Assembly (NCBI GenBank): GCA_031367105.1
Contig: JANLPG010000078.1
Location: 10,954 to 74,953 of the forward strand
Direction of reading: 5' to 3'
DNA: 64,000 nt
Source: Gemmatimonadota bacterium
GTDB taxonomy: Bacteria; Gemmatimonadota; Gemmatimonadetes; Gemmatimonadales; GWC2-71-9
Shown here piece after piece: positions 28,669-37,317 of this stretch. Every line of letters starts with the position of its first letter. The stretch's first letter is position 1. A program made the position numbers and the translations under genes. Under the pieces are notes generated by a model. It made no database searches, had not been told where the DNA came from, and worked only from the letters and a program-made list of their open reading frames with translations.

Positions 28669-30944
28669 CGCGGAGCCCCCCGCTGTGGCATCAGCCGGAG
28701 GAGCAGCGCGGGGGGGATTCGCTGGCCGGTGCGTCGCAACCAGGCGAGGTAATCGCCGACGTCGAAGCTGCCGTTGCGATTCCCGATCGCGTCCAGATAC
28801 GCGCGTGTCGCAGGGTCGAGTGGCGGGCCCCCCAACACGGCTCGGGCGGCGGCGGCGGCATCCACAGCCGCAATCGCGACGAAGTCGGCCGTGAGATCGA
28901 ACGGGTGATTGACCGGGAGATCGAGCGTGGCGGCACTCGTCGTCGTGTCGCCGCGCCACCCCAGGAATTCGACGCCCGCAGGTGCAGTCGCACGCACTCG
29001 CACGACCGTGCCGGCATCGGCGAAGACTCCGACGGCCGGGTCGCCGCTAATCGAGATGATCACGCTCCCGGGGCCCGCGGCCAGCGCCCGGACGCGGTGG
29101 GCCAGCGCGAAGTCGGCCAGCACCGTATCGGGTGCTCCGGCCCGCGCGATCAGCTGATGGGCGCGTGCGCCGGCGTCGCCCCAGCGGAGAAAGCGGGCCG
29201 CACTCCGTCCGTCGCCGGTGGACTGGAGCGAATCCGCCGAAAGGGCGAGGGTGTCTCCCACAGCGAAGATTTCGGAAATGGCGATCCCCAGCAGCCCGTT
29301 GACCCGGACTTTGGCGAGGGACGTTTGCGAGGCGATCAGTGTCGCCGCGCGTCGCACGTAGCGAAAGCGGATGCGGCCATTGGTGAGCTCGGTGATGCCG
29401 TCGAGCCGGATCCCGAGTGGAGTGCCATCGTAATTGACCGCAGGAGCGTTCCCGGCCAAGCCGAAATCGCGGTTGAGTGCCGTCCCGGGGAACGGATCGC
29501 CACCATCGCCACGGTTCTTGATGCCAACCACGCTGGAACGAAGCTGATTGCGCCCATCGGCCTGCATCAGCGCGACTCCTTGCCGGGCCCCGGTGTTGAC
29601 GGTGTTGGACCCGTTCCCAGCATCGATGCGCGCCTGATCGATCAGCCAGACGAGCAAGCCGGGCGATTTCGGGCGGACATACGCCGGGCTCATCATCGCC
29701 GTGTCGCTGCCTTCCCGCTGCCGATTCTCGAGCAGCAGGTACAGCCCCGACGTGGCAGTCGGGGCGTAGAAGACGGTGTCGCTCGACTGCACCGAGCCGG
29801 TGGTCGTAATCCGGTTGCCCGGGACAGAATCGACCACGACCCAGCCGAGCTGCGTGAGCGACCAGGCATCGAACGAACTCGGCGAGTAGGGCCGGGCGTA
29901 GTTGCCGGCACCCATCAACCCCCATTCGCCGATCCCTTCGGTGCCGGAGTTCGCATCGGTGTCATAGAGGTCGGGAAGGCCGAAGATGTGACCGATCTCG
30001 TGGGTAACAGTTCCGATCGGCATGATCTGCCCTGCCGTGCAGGCGGTATTGCCGCCCTGCCCCGATTGAATCGTGTACGAGTTCACCCGGAGGAACTGCC
30101 CTGGGAGCGGAAAGCCATTGCCCCCGCGGCGTGGCGTCCGGGTGGTATACGCTTGCCCACCGTTCCAGCCGGAGATCCGATAGCGATGCGCCCAGATGGC
30201 ATCGGTGCCACACGCGCCATCGACTTTCGGTTGCAGAAAGGTGACGACATCCACAATCCCGTCATCATCGCCGGAGTTCGGCACGCCGTCGGGACCGTCG
30301 TTGTCGAAACCTGCCCACACCGTGTCGCCGCCAGGCGCAAGCGAGATCGAGTCGAGCGCGGCAAGCAGGAGGTCAGCCATCCGTGAACGGGGCCGCGACG
30401 GGCAGGGCGACTTGACGCCGATGCCGTTGCAGCCGTCCTCGTACCAGGCGGCCGAGCTGTCGACCGACACCCAGTTGAAGACGGTGCCGTCAAGCGTGAC
30501 CAGCCCGCGCGACTGGTCACGGTAGTACGTGCGCACGCTCGAGGGCCGTCCCGACGGGATGAGGTTGAAAAAGAGGTCGTGGTACTGCGCCGGCGTGAAG
30601 GGGCCGGCTACGTCCCGGAACGCGATCGGGATGACCGGGACGAAATACCGGCCCGAGACCGCCGGTCGGAAGAACGTCGACGCGTTGAGCCGGGAGAACG
30701 CCCCCGACTGCAGCAGCGCCTTCCGTTCTGCCAGCACGCGCGCCGTGCCGCGACGCCACCCCCCATCGACCGGCAGATCGAATCCCCGGACCTCAAACTC
30801 CCCCAGCCGGGCCCGGGGCCACTGGGCCGAGATGGCCGGAACGGCGAGGAACAGCCCCCCCAGCGCGAAAAAAGCCGCCCGGACGGGGGCCCAGCGTGGG
30901 ATGCAGACGGTGCTTTTACCTTGTGTCGGTCCGGGGGCTCTCAT
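28665..30944 (-). CDS. M6 (immune inhibitor A-like) family metalloprotease
   Basis: Zinc motif TVTHEIGHIFGLPDLYD in an M6-like context, plus a signal peptide. The C-terminal tail has a dockerin/EF-hand-like GNRNGSFDVGDYLAWL. Confidence 0.8.
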   Translation of the reverse strand: MRAPGPTQGKSTVCIPRWAPVRAAFFALGGLFLAVPAISAQWPRARLGEFEVRGFDLPVDGGWRRGTARVLAERKALLQSGAFSRLNASTFFRPAVSGRYFVPVIPIAFRDVAGPFTPAQYHDLFFNLIPSGRPSSVRTYYRDQSRGLVTLDGTVFNWVSVDSSAAWYEDGCNGIGVKSPCPSRPRSRMADLLLAALDSISLAPGGDTVWAGFDNDGPDGVPNSGDDDGIVDVVTFLQPKVDGACGTDAIWAHRYRISGWNGGQAYTTRTPRRGGNGFPLPGQFLRVNSYTIQSGQGGNTACTAGQIMPIGTVTHEIGHIFGLPDLYDTDANSGTEGIGEWGLMGAGNYARPYSPSSFDAWSLTQLGWVVVDSVPGNRITTTGSVQSSDTVFYAPTATSGLYLLLENRQREGSDTAMMSPAYVRPKSPGLLVWLIDQARIDAGNGSNTVNTGARQGVALMQADGRNQLRSSVVGIKNRGDGGDPFPGTALNRDFGLAGNAPAVNYDGTPLGIRLDGITELTNGRIRFRYVRRAATLIASQTSLAKVRVNGLLGIAISEIFAVGDTLALSADSLQSTGDGRSAARFLRWGDAGARAHQLIARAGAPDTVLADFALAHRVRALAAGPGSVIISISGDPAVGVFADAGTVVRVRATAPAGVEFLGWRGDTTTSAATLDLPVNHPFDLTADFVAIAAVDAAAAARAVLGGPPLDPATRAYLDAIGNRNGSFDVGDYLAWLRRTGQRIPPALLLRLMPQRGAPR

Positions 30945-31017
30945 AGTTTCATCTCTTGGCTATCTGCAAACTTGGGGCTTTCCCTGCCCAAGATCCACCC
31001 GTGCTCTGTGAGGGCCC

Positions 31018-32223
31018 GTGGCTGAATCGCTCCAGACCCAGGTGGCACTCTTCGACAAGTGCCGGAAGTTCACCCAGGCGCGCGAGATCCAGGCCGCCGG
31101 GCTCTACCCGTACTTCAAGCCGATTTCGGAGTCTGAAGACACCGTCGTCGTCATCGAAGGGAAAAAACGGATCATGCTGGGCTCGAACAATTATCTCGGG
31201 CTCACGCATCACCCCAAGGTACTTGAGGAGGCCGCCAAGGCGCTGCATCGCTACGGTGCAGGCTGCACCGGCTCCCGGTTCCTCAACGGCTCACTCGACC
31301 TTCACGAGCAACTGGAAGCGGCGCTGGCCGAATTCCTCGGGAAGGAAGCGTGCCTGGTCTTCTCGACTGGTTACGGCGCCAACCTCGGACTGATCTCGGG
31401 GCTGCTCGGCCGCAACGAGACCGTTTACCTCGACAAGCTCGATCACGCCTGCATTGTCGACGGTGCGAAGCTCTCCTATGGCGAGACCCAGCGGTTCAAC
31501 CACGGCGACCTCGATCAACTGAGCCGCCTGCTCGAGAGGAACACCAGCGGGAACGGCACGATGATCGTGGTCGATGGTGTCTACTCGATGGAAGGCGACA
31601 TCGCCGACATTCCGGAGCTCTCGCGGATCGCGAAGCGATTCGGTGCCGCCCTCGCGGTCGACGACGCGCACGCACTCGGAGTGCTGGGCCCCAATGGCCA
31701 GGGCACGGGGTCACACTGGGGAATGCAGGACGAGGTCGATATCGTGGCCGGGACCTTCTCGAAGTCCCTGGCCTCGGTCGGCGGTTTCGTAGCGGCCGAC
31801 GAGCAGGTCATCCACTTCCTGAAGCACCACTCGCGACCATTCATCTTCACCGCATCCTTGCCTCCGGCCAACACCGCCGGCGTGCTCGCCGCACTCGAGG
31901 TGCTCCAGCAGGAACCGTGGCGTCGCGACGCGCTCTGGGCGAATGCCCGGCGGCTGCGGGATGGGTTCCGTCACCTCGGCTTCGAGATCGGCCCCACCGA
32001 GACACCGATCATTCCCGTGCTCGTCGGGCCGCTGGAGACCACGTTCATCTTCTGGCGGAAGCTCTACGACGCCGGCGTCTTCACCAATCCCGTCGTCCCG
32101 CCAGCTGTCCCGCCGTCCCAATGCCGTCTGCGCACGAGCGTGATGGCAACGCACACTGCCGCGCAGATCGATCAGGCACTCGACGCGTTCGGCACCATCG
32201 GCAAGGAGTTGGGGGTTATCTGA
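31018..32223 (+). CDS. alpha-oxoamine synthase (PLP), serine palmitoyltransferase-like
   Basis: GTG start. Blocks GSRFLNGS, VFSTGYGANLG, GVYSMEGDIA, GTFSKSLASVGG (PLP lysine), RPFIFTASLPP. First gene of a 4-gene overlapping operon. Confidence 0.85.
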   Translation: MAESLQTQVALFDKCRKFTQAREIQAAGLYPYFKPISESEDTVVVIEGKKRIMLGSNNYLGLTHHPKVLEEAAKALHRYGAGCTGSRFLNGSLDLHEQLEAALAEFLGKEACLVFSTGYGANLGLISGLLGRNETVYLDKLDHACIVDGAKLSYGETQRFNHGDLDQLSRLLERNTSGNGTMIVVDGVYSMEGDIADIPELSRIAKRFGAALAVDDAHALGVLGPNGQGTGSHWGMQDEVDIVAGTFSKSLASVGGFVAADEQVIHFLKHHSRPFIFTASLPPANTAGVLAALEVLQQEPWRRDALWANARRLRDGFRHLGFEIGPTETPIIPVLVGPLETTFIFWRKLYDAGVFTNPVVPPAVPPSQCRLRTSVMATHTAAQIDQALDAFGTIGKELGVI

Positions 32224-33356
32224 ACAACGCGCCGGCCATCCGGCGCGTCGAGACGCCGAAGGACCTCAGCCGCTTCATCGACCTGCCGTATCGCCTGCAC
32301 CGGCGGGACCTCAACTGGGTCCCGCCGTTTCGCGCTGAGATCAAGAAGCTCCTCGACCGCGCCAGCAATCCCTTCTTCCAGCACGCCGAGGCCGACTACT
32401 TCATCGCTGAACTGGACGGGGAAGTCGTGGGGCGGATCGCCGCGATCTCCAACCGGTTGCACAACGAGGTGCACCACGACCTGGTCGGCTTCTTCGGCTT
32501 CTTCGAGTGCGTTAACGACTTCCGCGTGGCGGCAGCGCTGCTCGACACGGCAGCTGCCTGGGTGGGTGCGCGCGGCTTCGACACCATCCGCGGACCGATG
32601 TCCTTCTCGGTGAACGATGAGTGCGGGCTGTTGATCGACGGCTTCGACACACCCAATACACTGATGATGCCGCACAACCCGCCCTACTATCTCACGCTGC
32701 TCGAAACCGCTGGCTTTACCAAGGCCAAAGACATGGTCTGCCTCGAAGGTGGCTCCCTGAAGGCCCCGGTGACCCCGCCTGAGCGAACGGCCCGCGCCGT
32801 GGAATTGCTGAAAAAGCGCTATGGCCTGACGATGCGGTCGCTCGACATGAAGCGCTTCGCGGAGGAGGTCGCATTGGTCAAGCAACTCTACAACGCCTCG
32901 TGGGAGCAGAACTGGGGCTTCATCCCGATGACGGATGCGGAGATCGACAACCTCGCCGTGCAGTTCAAACCGGTGGTGATCCCGTCGATCATCCCGTTCG
33001 TCGAAAAGGACGGCAAACCGATCGCATTTGGTCTCGCGCTGCCGGACCTCAATGAAGTCCTGCGCGACAACCGGAGCGGCGCGATGTTCCCCGCTGCGCT
33101 GACGATGATGTGGAAGCTCAAGACCCGGAAGATCACCCGGGCTCGGGTGCCGCTGCTCGGCATCCTGCCGGAGTGGCGCGGCAAGGGAATCGATTCGGCC
33201 CTCTACCATTGGATCTGGAGCAAGGCCGCCGAAGTCGGCATCGGCTGGGGCGAGGCAGGGTGGCTGCTGGAGGATAACCCGGGGATCATCCAGGGACTTT
33301 CCAAAGCCGGATTCACCCCGTACAAGACCTATCGCGTGCTCGACCGCGCGACGTGA
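32220..33356 (+). CDS. GNAT-like N-acyltransferase, about 380 aa (candidate ceramide-synthase-type enzyme); start codon uncertain
   Basis: Frame of track ORF 31350..33356. Only the part after the upstream stop looks like protein (NAPAIRRVETPKDLSRFIDLPYRL...). There is no ATG/GTG/TTG between 32121 and the conserved N-terminus; 32220 is a CTG overlapping the upstream TGA. Confidence 0.65.
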   Translation: MNNAPAIRRVETPKDLSRFIDLPYRLHRRDLNWVPPFRAEIKKLLDRASNPFFQHAEADYFIAELDGEVVGRIAAISNRLHNEVHHDLVGFFGFFECVNDFRVAAALLDTAAAWVGARGFDTIRGPMSFSVNDECGLLIDGFDTPNTLMMPHNPPYYLTLLETAGFTKAKDMVCLEGGSLKAPVTPPERTARAVELLKKRYGLTMRSLDMKRFAEEVALVKQLYNASWEQNWGFIPMTDAEIDNLAVQFKPVVIPSIIPFVEKDGKPIAFGLALPDLNEVLRDNRSGAMFPAALTMMWKLKTRKITRARVPLLGILPEWRGKGIDSALYHWIWSKAAEVGIGWGEAGWLLEDNPGIIQGLSKAGFTPYKTYRVLDRAT

Positions 33357-34327
33357 GGGCGCTGGTCACCGGGGCGACGGGATTCGTCGGAGGGCATCTC
33401 GTCGATCGGCTCCTTGAGCGCGGTGACACGGTCACCGCGCTTGTTCGTGCTCCGGCGCGTGCCGCCGAGGCCGCCTCACGGGGCGTGCGACTGGTGCCGG
33501 GCGACCTCAGCGACCACGACGCGCTTCGCCAGGCGGTCCGTGATCAGGACGTCGTCTACCACGTCGCGGCGCTGACCGGGGCGGTCGACGAGGCCGAGTT
33601 CATGCTCGCCAACCGCGACGGCACCGCCAATCTGGCGCAGGCGGTCGTTGGCGCGGGAGCGACTGCCCGGTTTGTGCTGGTCTCCTCGATGGCGGCAGGC
33701 GGACCGAGCCGGTACGGCATTCCCAAGGAGGCCGACGGTCGCGACCAGCCGGTGACGATGTATGGCCGGAGTAAGCTCGCCGCGGAGTCGGTGCTGCGCG
33801 GCGAGCTGCTCTCGTGGACGATTCTTCGCCCGCCGACGGTTTATGGTCCGCGGGACCGTGACAATCTGCTCACCGTGTTCCGGGCCGCACGCCTCGGCGT
33901 TGCGCCGGTGTTCGGTGACGGATCGATGGAACTTTCGATCGTACACGTTCTCGACCTGGCCGACGCGATCGTGCGCGCCGGGACGATGGCCGGCCTCGAT
34001 GGTCGCGTGTTCTATGTCAACCACCCCGAGATCCTCACCAGCGCGGGACTCGTGCGAGCGATCGGTCGGGAGATGGGGAGGGACGTCACCCTGCTTCCGA
34101 TCCCGGAATGGCTGGCGCGAACGGCGCTGAACGCCAGTGGACTTTGGGCTGCCGCGCTGCGTCGGAAGACGATTCTGCGAGCCGACAAGGCGAACGAGTT
34201 CTATCAGGAGGCCTGGACCGGAAACAGCACGCCGTTCATCGAGGCCACTGGATGGGAGCCGCAGTGGTCACTCGCGCCCGGACTCGTCAATACCGCCACG
34301 TGGTACCGCGAGCACGGGTGGCTATGA
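33353..34327 (+). CDS. NAD-dependent epimerase/dehydratase family (extended SDR) oxidoreductase
   Basis: The GTG overlaps the upstream stop (GTGA). Motifs VTGATGFVGGHL and YGRSK (YxxxK). Confidence 0.85.
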   Translation: MRALVTGATGFVGGHLVDRLLERGDTVTALVRAPARAAEAASRGVRLVPGDLSDHDALRQAVRDQDVVYHVAALTGAVDEAEFMLANRDGTANLAQAVVGAGATARFVLVSSMAAGGPSRYGIPKEADGRDQPVTMYGRSKLAAESVLRGELLSWTILRPPTVYGPRDRDNLLTVFRAARLGVAPVFGDGSMELSIVHVLDLADAIVRAGTMAGLDGRVFYVNHPEILTSAGLVRAIGREMGRDVTLLPIPEWLARTALNASGLWAAALRRKTILRADKANEFYQEAWTGNSTPFIEATGWEPQWSLAPGLVNTATWYREHGWL

Positions 34328-35163
34328 GTCTGCCTGCTGGTCGTTGGCGGTTGGTCGACCAGCTGCTCGCAGCGTACGGACTCCTCGTGGCGACGGTGGC
34401 GCTGACTCGCCTTCCCCAGCGAGGAATGTTCCTCGTCCTCCTCGCCCATCTCGCGCTGCCCCTGCTCACCTGGCTGGTGGTCCGCGCACCTGAGAGCGGC
34501 GCCGTTCGCGTCCTGCGGACGATCTACCCGTTGATTCTTCTCACCGGACTTTATTCGGCAATCGACGTGTTCAACGGTTTCGGCGCGGTCACGACGCACG
34601 ACGCGGCGCTGCAGCGGCTTGAGGCGTGGCTATTCGGTGGGCAGCCGAGTCGGGATTGGTGGCGCACCTCCCCCAGTATGTTCTGGTCGACACTCCTGCA
34701 CGCAGTCTACTTCTCGTACTACCTGATCGTGCCGATCCCGGCAATCGCCTTCCTCGTTACCCGGCGAATGGCAGCGCTCGAGCAGTACCTCAACGCCGTG
34801 CTCGCGACCTACCTCGCGTGCTACGTCACCTACATCCTCTTCCCTGTGGCAGGCCCGTACTACGAGTTTGCGCGGCCGACTGGCGAGTTCGTCGCCAACG
34901 GCCCTGCGCGGCTGGTCTATGCCACGCTGGCCCGTGGCAGTGCCTTTGGCGCCGCGTTTCCGTCGTCCCACGTCGCGGCGACGGTCGCCGCCAGCACGGC
35001 TGCCTGGTTCGGGTGGCGGCGGCTGGGAATGCTCGTCGCGGTGCCAACGGCGCTGCTGGCAGTGGGGGTCGTCTACTGCCAGATGCACTACGTCGTTGAT
35101 AGTGCGGCGGGCGTGGTGCTCGGCCTCACCATTCCGATGCTGGTGCGGCGCCGGGCAACCTGA
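34324..35163 (+). CDS. PAP2-superfamily integral membrane protein, AUR1/IPC-synthase-like (PAP2_3 type)
   Basis: Track ORF 34108..35163. ATG at 34324 overlaps the upstream stop (ATGA). Multi-TM. Motifs FPSSHVAATV and QMHYVVDSAAG. Confidence 0.7.
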   Translation: MSLPAGRWRLVDQLLAAYGLLVATVALTRLPQRGMFLVLLAHLALPLLTWLVVRAPESGAVRVLRTIYPLILLTGLYSAIDVFNGFGAVTTHDAALQRLEAWLFGGQPSRDWWRTSPSMFWSTLLHAVYFSYYLIVPIPAIAFLVTRRMAALEQYLNAVLATYLACYVTYILFPVAGPYYEFARPTGEFVANGPARLVYATLARGSAFGAAFPSSHVAATVAASTAAWFGWRRLGMLVAVPTALLAVGVVYCQMHYVVDSAAGVVLGLTIPMLVRRRAT

Positions 35164-35185
35164 CGGCGGACCGCAGCCACGTGCC

Positions 35186-35222
35186 AAGCGGGGGCGACAC
35201 TTGCGTGTCGCCCCCGCTTTCC
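35186..35222. terminator. bidirectional hairpin terminator between the PAP2 gene and the cupredoxin gene
   Basis: AAGCGGGGGCGACAC (35186-35200), loop TTGC, GTGTCGCCCCCGCTT (35205-35219), then T. Confidence 0.7.
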
Positions 35223-35268
35223 GTTGCACAGAAACATCAGGATCGCCGACTGCGCGACCACAACGATG

Positions 35269-35724
35269 TTAGTGTACGGTGATCTTCCCGTGCATATTCA
35301 TCGCCATATGCGGCGTACACGTGAAGAAGTAATCGCCTACCGGTGCGCCAGCAAACGAAACGACGAGACTGTCACCCGGTGCGGCGATCAATGCCGACGA
35401 GAGCGGGCCCATCTTGTCGGCGATAGCGGCATCGAGGATCGCCTGTGCGCCTGCCGGGATGCTGTCGGTCTTGAACTGGACGTTGTGCGGGCCTCCCGAA
35501 ACGTTCTTGAACACGACCACATCGCCCGCCTTGATGCTCAGGTCGGCCGGAACGAACTTGTAGGTCGTCCCTTCCTGGATCATCTGTACTTCATGTCGAG
35601 CACCAGCCGCAGCTGCCGCTGGCGCAGCCGCCATCGTATCGGTCGGAGCCGTGTCAGCCTTCTTTTCACCGCCGCACGCCGCCAGCACAACGGCGACACC
35701 GGCCACGATCGCAGTAAAGCGCAT
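35269..35724 (-). CDS. cupredoxin (plastocyanin/pseudoazurin-like blue copper) lipoprotein
   Basis: MRFTAIVAGVAVVLAACGG lipobox. Copper ligands in the C-terminal CTPHMAMNMHG plus an upstream His. Confidence 0.8.
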   Translation of the reverse strand: MRFTAIVAGVAVVLAACGGEKKADTAPTDTMAAAPAAAAAGARHEVQMIQEGTTYKFVPADLSIKAGDVVVFKNVSGGPHNVQFKTDSIPAGAQAILDAAIADKMGPLSSALIAAPGDSLVVSFAGAPVGDYFFTCTPHMAMNMHGKITVH

Positions 35725-35929
35725 GCTTGTCTTGCCTCATCCCTGATGATGATTATCGTCGACGCTACCCCTCGGCAGCGCCGGCTCCCGTCCATCAGGA
35801 TCTCGGGAAGCGTCAAGAATAACGTGGCAACCGGTCTCTGCGGTAGTGGAACTGCTGGCGATTCCAGCCAAGCTTGCTACTTTCCGCCGTCGCAACCCCG
35901 ACAGTGTATTCCCCGGCTCCAGGAACCCG

Positions 35930-36694
35930 ATGGCACCACCGCCCTGCCGCAGTCTTGGTCGCCAATGCCGTTCCCTCGATATCACGGTCCGGGTCGCCAC
36001 CCTCGAGGGGCAGGAGGACCACGACGCGACCTGGTTCTTCGGGCACACCGAGCGACTCGATTTCGGGCGGAGCTATAGCGCTGATGGCGAGCTCTGGTGC
36101 GAGGCAACGGTGCACGTCCCCTGCAAGTATCTGGAGCTCGGGGCCGATGGCCGTCAGGCCGAATGCCGAGCCCACGGCTTCTGTGGCCGCCTTCCCGTAC
36201 CTCGCCGCCCGGCAGCAGCGCGCCGGTTGGGGAAGGATCGCTTCCGGATCGTCGAGAACCGGAAGCTGGTCACTCGGCATCTGGCACCCCCCACCCCATT
36301 GAGGCGGGCCCTCCCACTCGCCCCCGACGCCAACCCCTGCGCCAAGGCACCGTGTCGAACCGCCGATCATTCCCGCCACGCCGCTTGCTGCCGCGATCTG
36401 AATGTCGAAATCCGCTGCACTACCAAGCAAACGCTGCTGGAATCACTGCTCCGGAGCCGGAAATCGCCCTATCTCTGCAAGGTCGAGCGGGAGAATCCCG
36501 AGGAGGGGCTGGTCAGCGCAGAGATCATTTCGGCCTGCGATTTCCTCAAGGAAGATGGCCTCCACTGCGATCTTCACGGCCGGACCCGGGCGAACGGGGA
36601 GCCCGCGAAGCCGCATATGTGTTCACACTGGCCAGAAAAGAGGACAGGGCTTCATCCGGGGTGTGCCTTCCGGAACCGCCGCCTCCCGCTATAA
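35930..36694 (+). CDS. cysteine-rich protein (about 16 Cys), YkgJ/UPF0153-like putative Fe-S or Zn protein
   Basis: Track ORF 35846..36694, ATG at 35930. The C-terminal pattern ACDFLKEDGLHCDLHG...KPHMCSHWP resembles the CxxCxxCC-family tail. Family call is by pattern only. Confidence 0.5.
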   Translation: MAPPPCRSLGRQCRSLDITVRVATLEGQEDHDATWFFGHTERLDFGRSYSADGELWCEATVHVPCKYLELGADGRQAECRAHGFCGRLPVPRRPAAARRLGKDRFRIVENRKLVTRHLAPPTPLRRALPLAPDANPCAKAPCRTADHSRHAACCRDLNVEIRCTTKQTLLESLLRSRKSPYLCKVERENPEEGLVSAEIISACDFLKEDGLHCDLHGRTRANGEPAKPHMCSHWPEKRTGLHPGCAFRNRRLPL

Positions 36695-36786
36695 GTTGTT
36701 GTAGCACAAGAAATTGGACTTGGGTGTGCAGGTCGGCCCGGGGTGTGCGTCACCTAGGAAGCATCTCCGACCAAAAGAGGATCCCG

Positions 36787-37317
36787 ATGGCCTTCGATCT
36801 TGAAGAGCTTTACCGGACCACCTACGACGCTGTTGTTCGCTTCCTCTACCGGAAGGTGTGGGACGCCGATCGCGCCGAGGACCTGGCCCAGGAAGTGTTT
36901 ATGCGCGCCCTGGCCCACCAGCCCGAAAAGCCGAGATCGTGGGTCTTCGCCGTCGCCGCGAACATCGCCCGCGACGAGGCACGATCCGCCATTCGCCGCC
37001 GCAAGCATCTCGTGCTGCTCACGCACGAACCGATCGCTTCGCCGGCACCGCTCGACAATGTCGAGGACGACCTGGAGCACGAGGAGCAGGAGAACGAAGT
37101 GAAGCGTGCGCTCGCCACCCTCAGCCCGCGCGATCGTGAGGTGCTGCTGCTGTGGGATGCCGGGTTGGCTTACCCTGAAATCGCCGAGCAGACCGGACTC
37201 GCGCTTGGCGCGGTTGGCACTACCCTGGCGCGGGCGCGGAAGCGCCTGATCGCCGCCCACGATGAGATGGAGACCGAGACCCAAGTTGAGCCTCGTCGTG
37301 CGGCCGCACGTTCCTGA
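36787..37317 (+). CDS. ECF (sigma-70 family, group 4) RNA polymerase sigma factor
   Basis: Track ORF 36097..37317; the real start is the ATG at 36787 (MAFDLEELYRTTYDAVVRFLYRKV...DLAQEVF). Region 4 HTH: YPEIAEQTGLALGAVGTTLARARKRL. Confidence 0.9.
   Translation: MAFDLEELYRTTYDAVVRFLYRKVWDADRAEDLAQEVFMRALAHQPEKPRSWVFAVAANIARDEARSAIRRRKHLVLLTHEPIASPAPLDNVEDDLEHEEQENEVKRALATLSPRDREVLLLWDAGLAYPEIAEQTGLALGAVGTTLARARKRLIAAHDEMETETQVEPRRAAARS

Noticed and set aside
31350-32219. First ~290 codons of track ORF 31350..33356.
   Set aside because: They are out of frame inside the Spt-like gene and Arg-rich. Only the part after 32220 looks like a real (GNAT-like) protein.
36097-36786. N-terminal 230 codons of track ORF 36097..37317 fused to the ECF sigma.
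   Set aside because: They overlap the Cys-rich gene in another frame. Sigma region 2 begins right after the ATG at 36787, which gives the normal ~175-aa ECF length.
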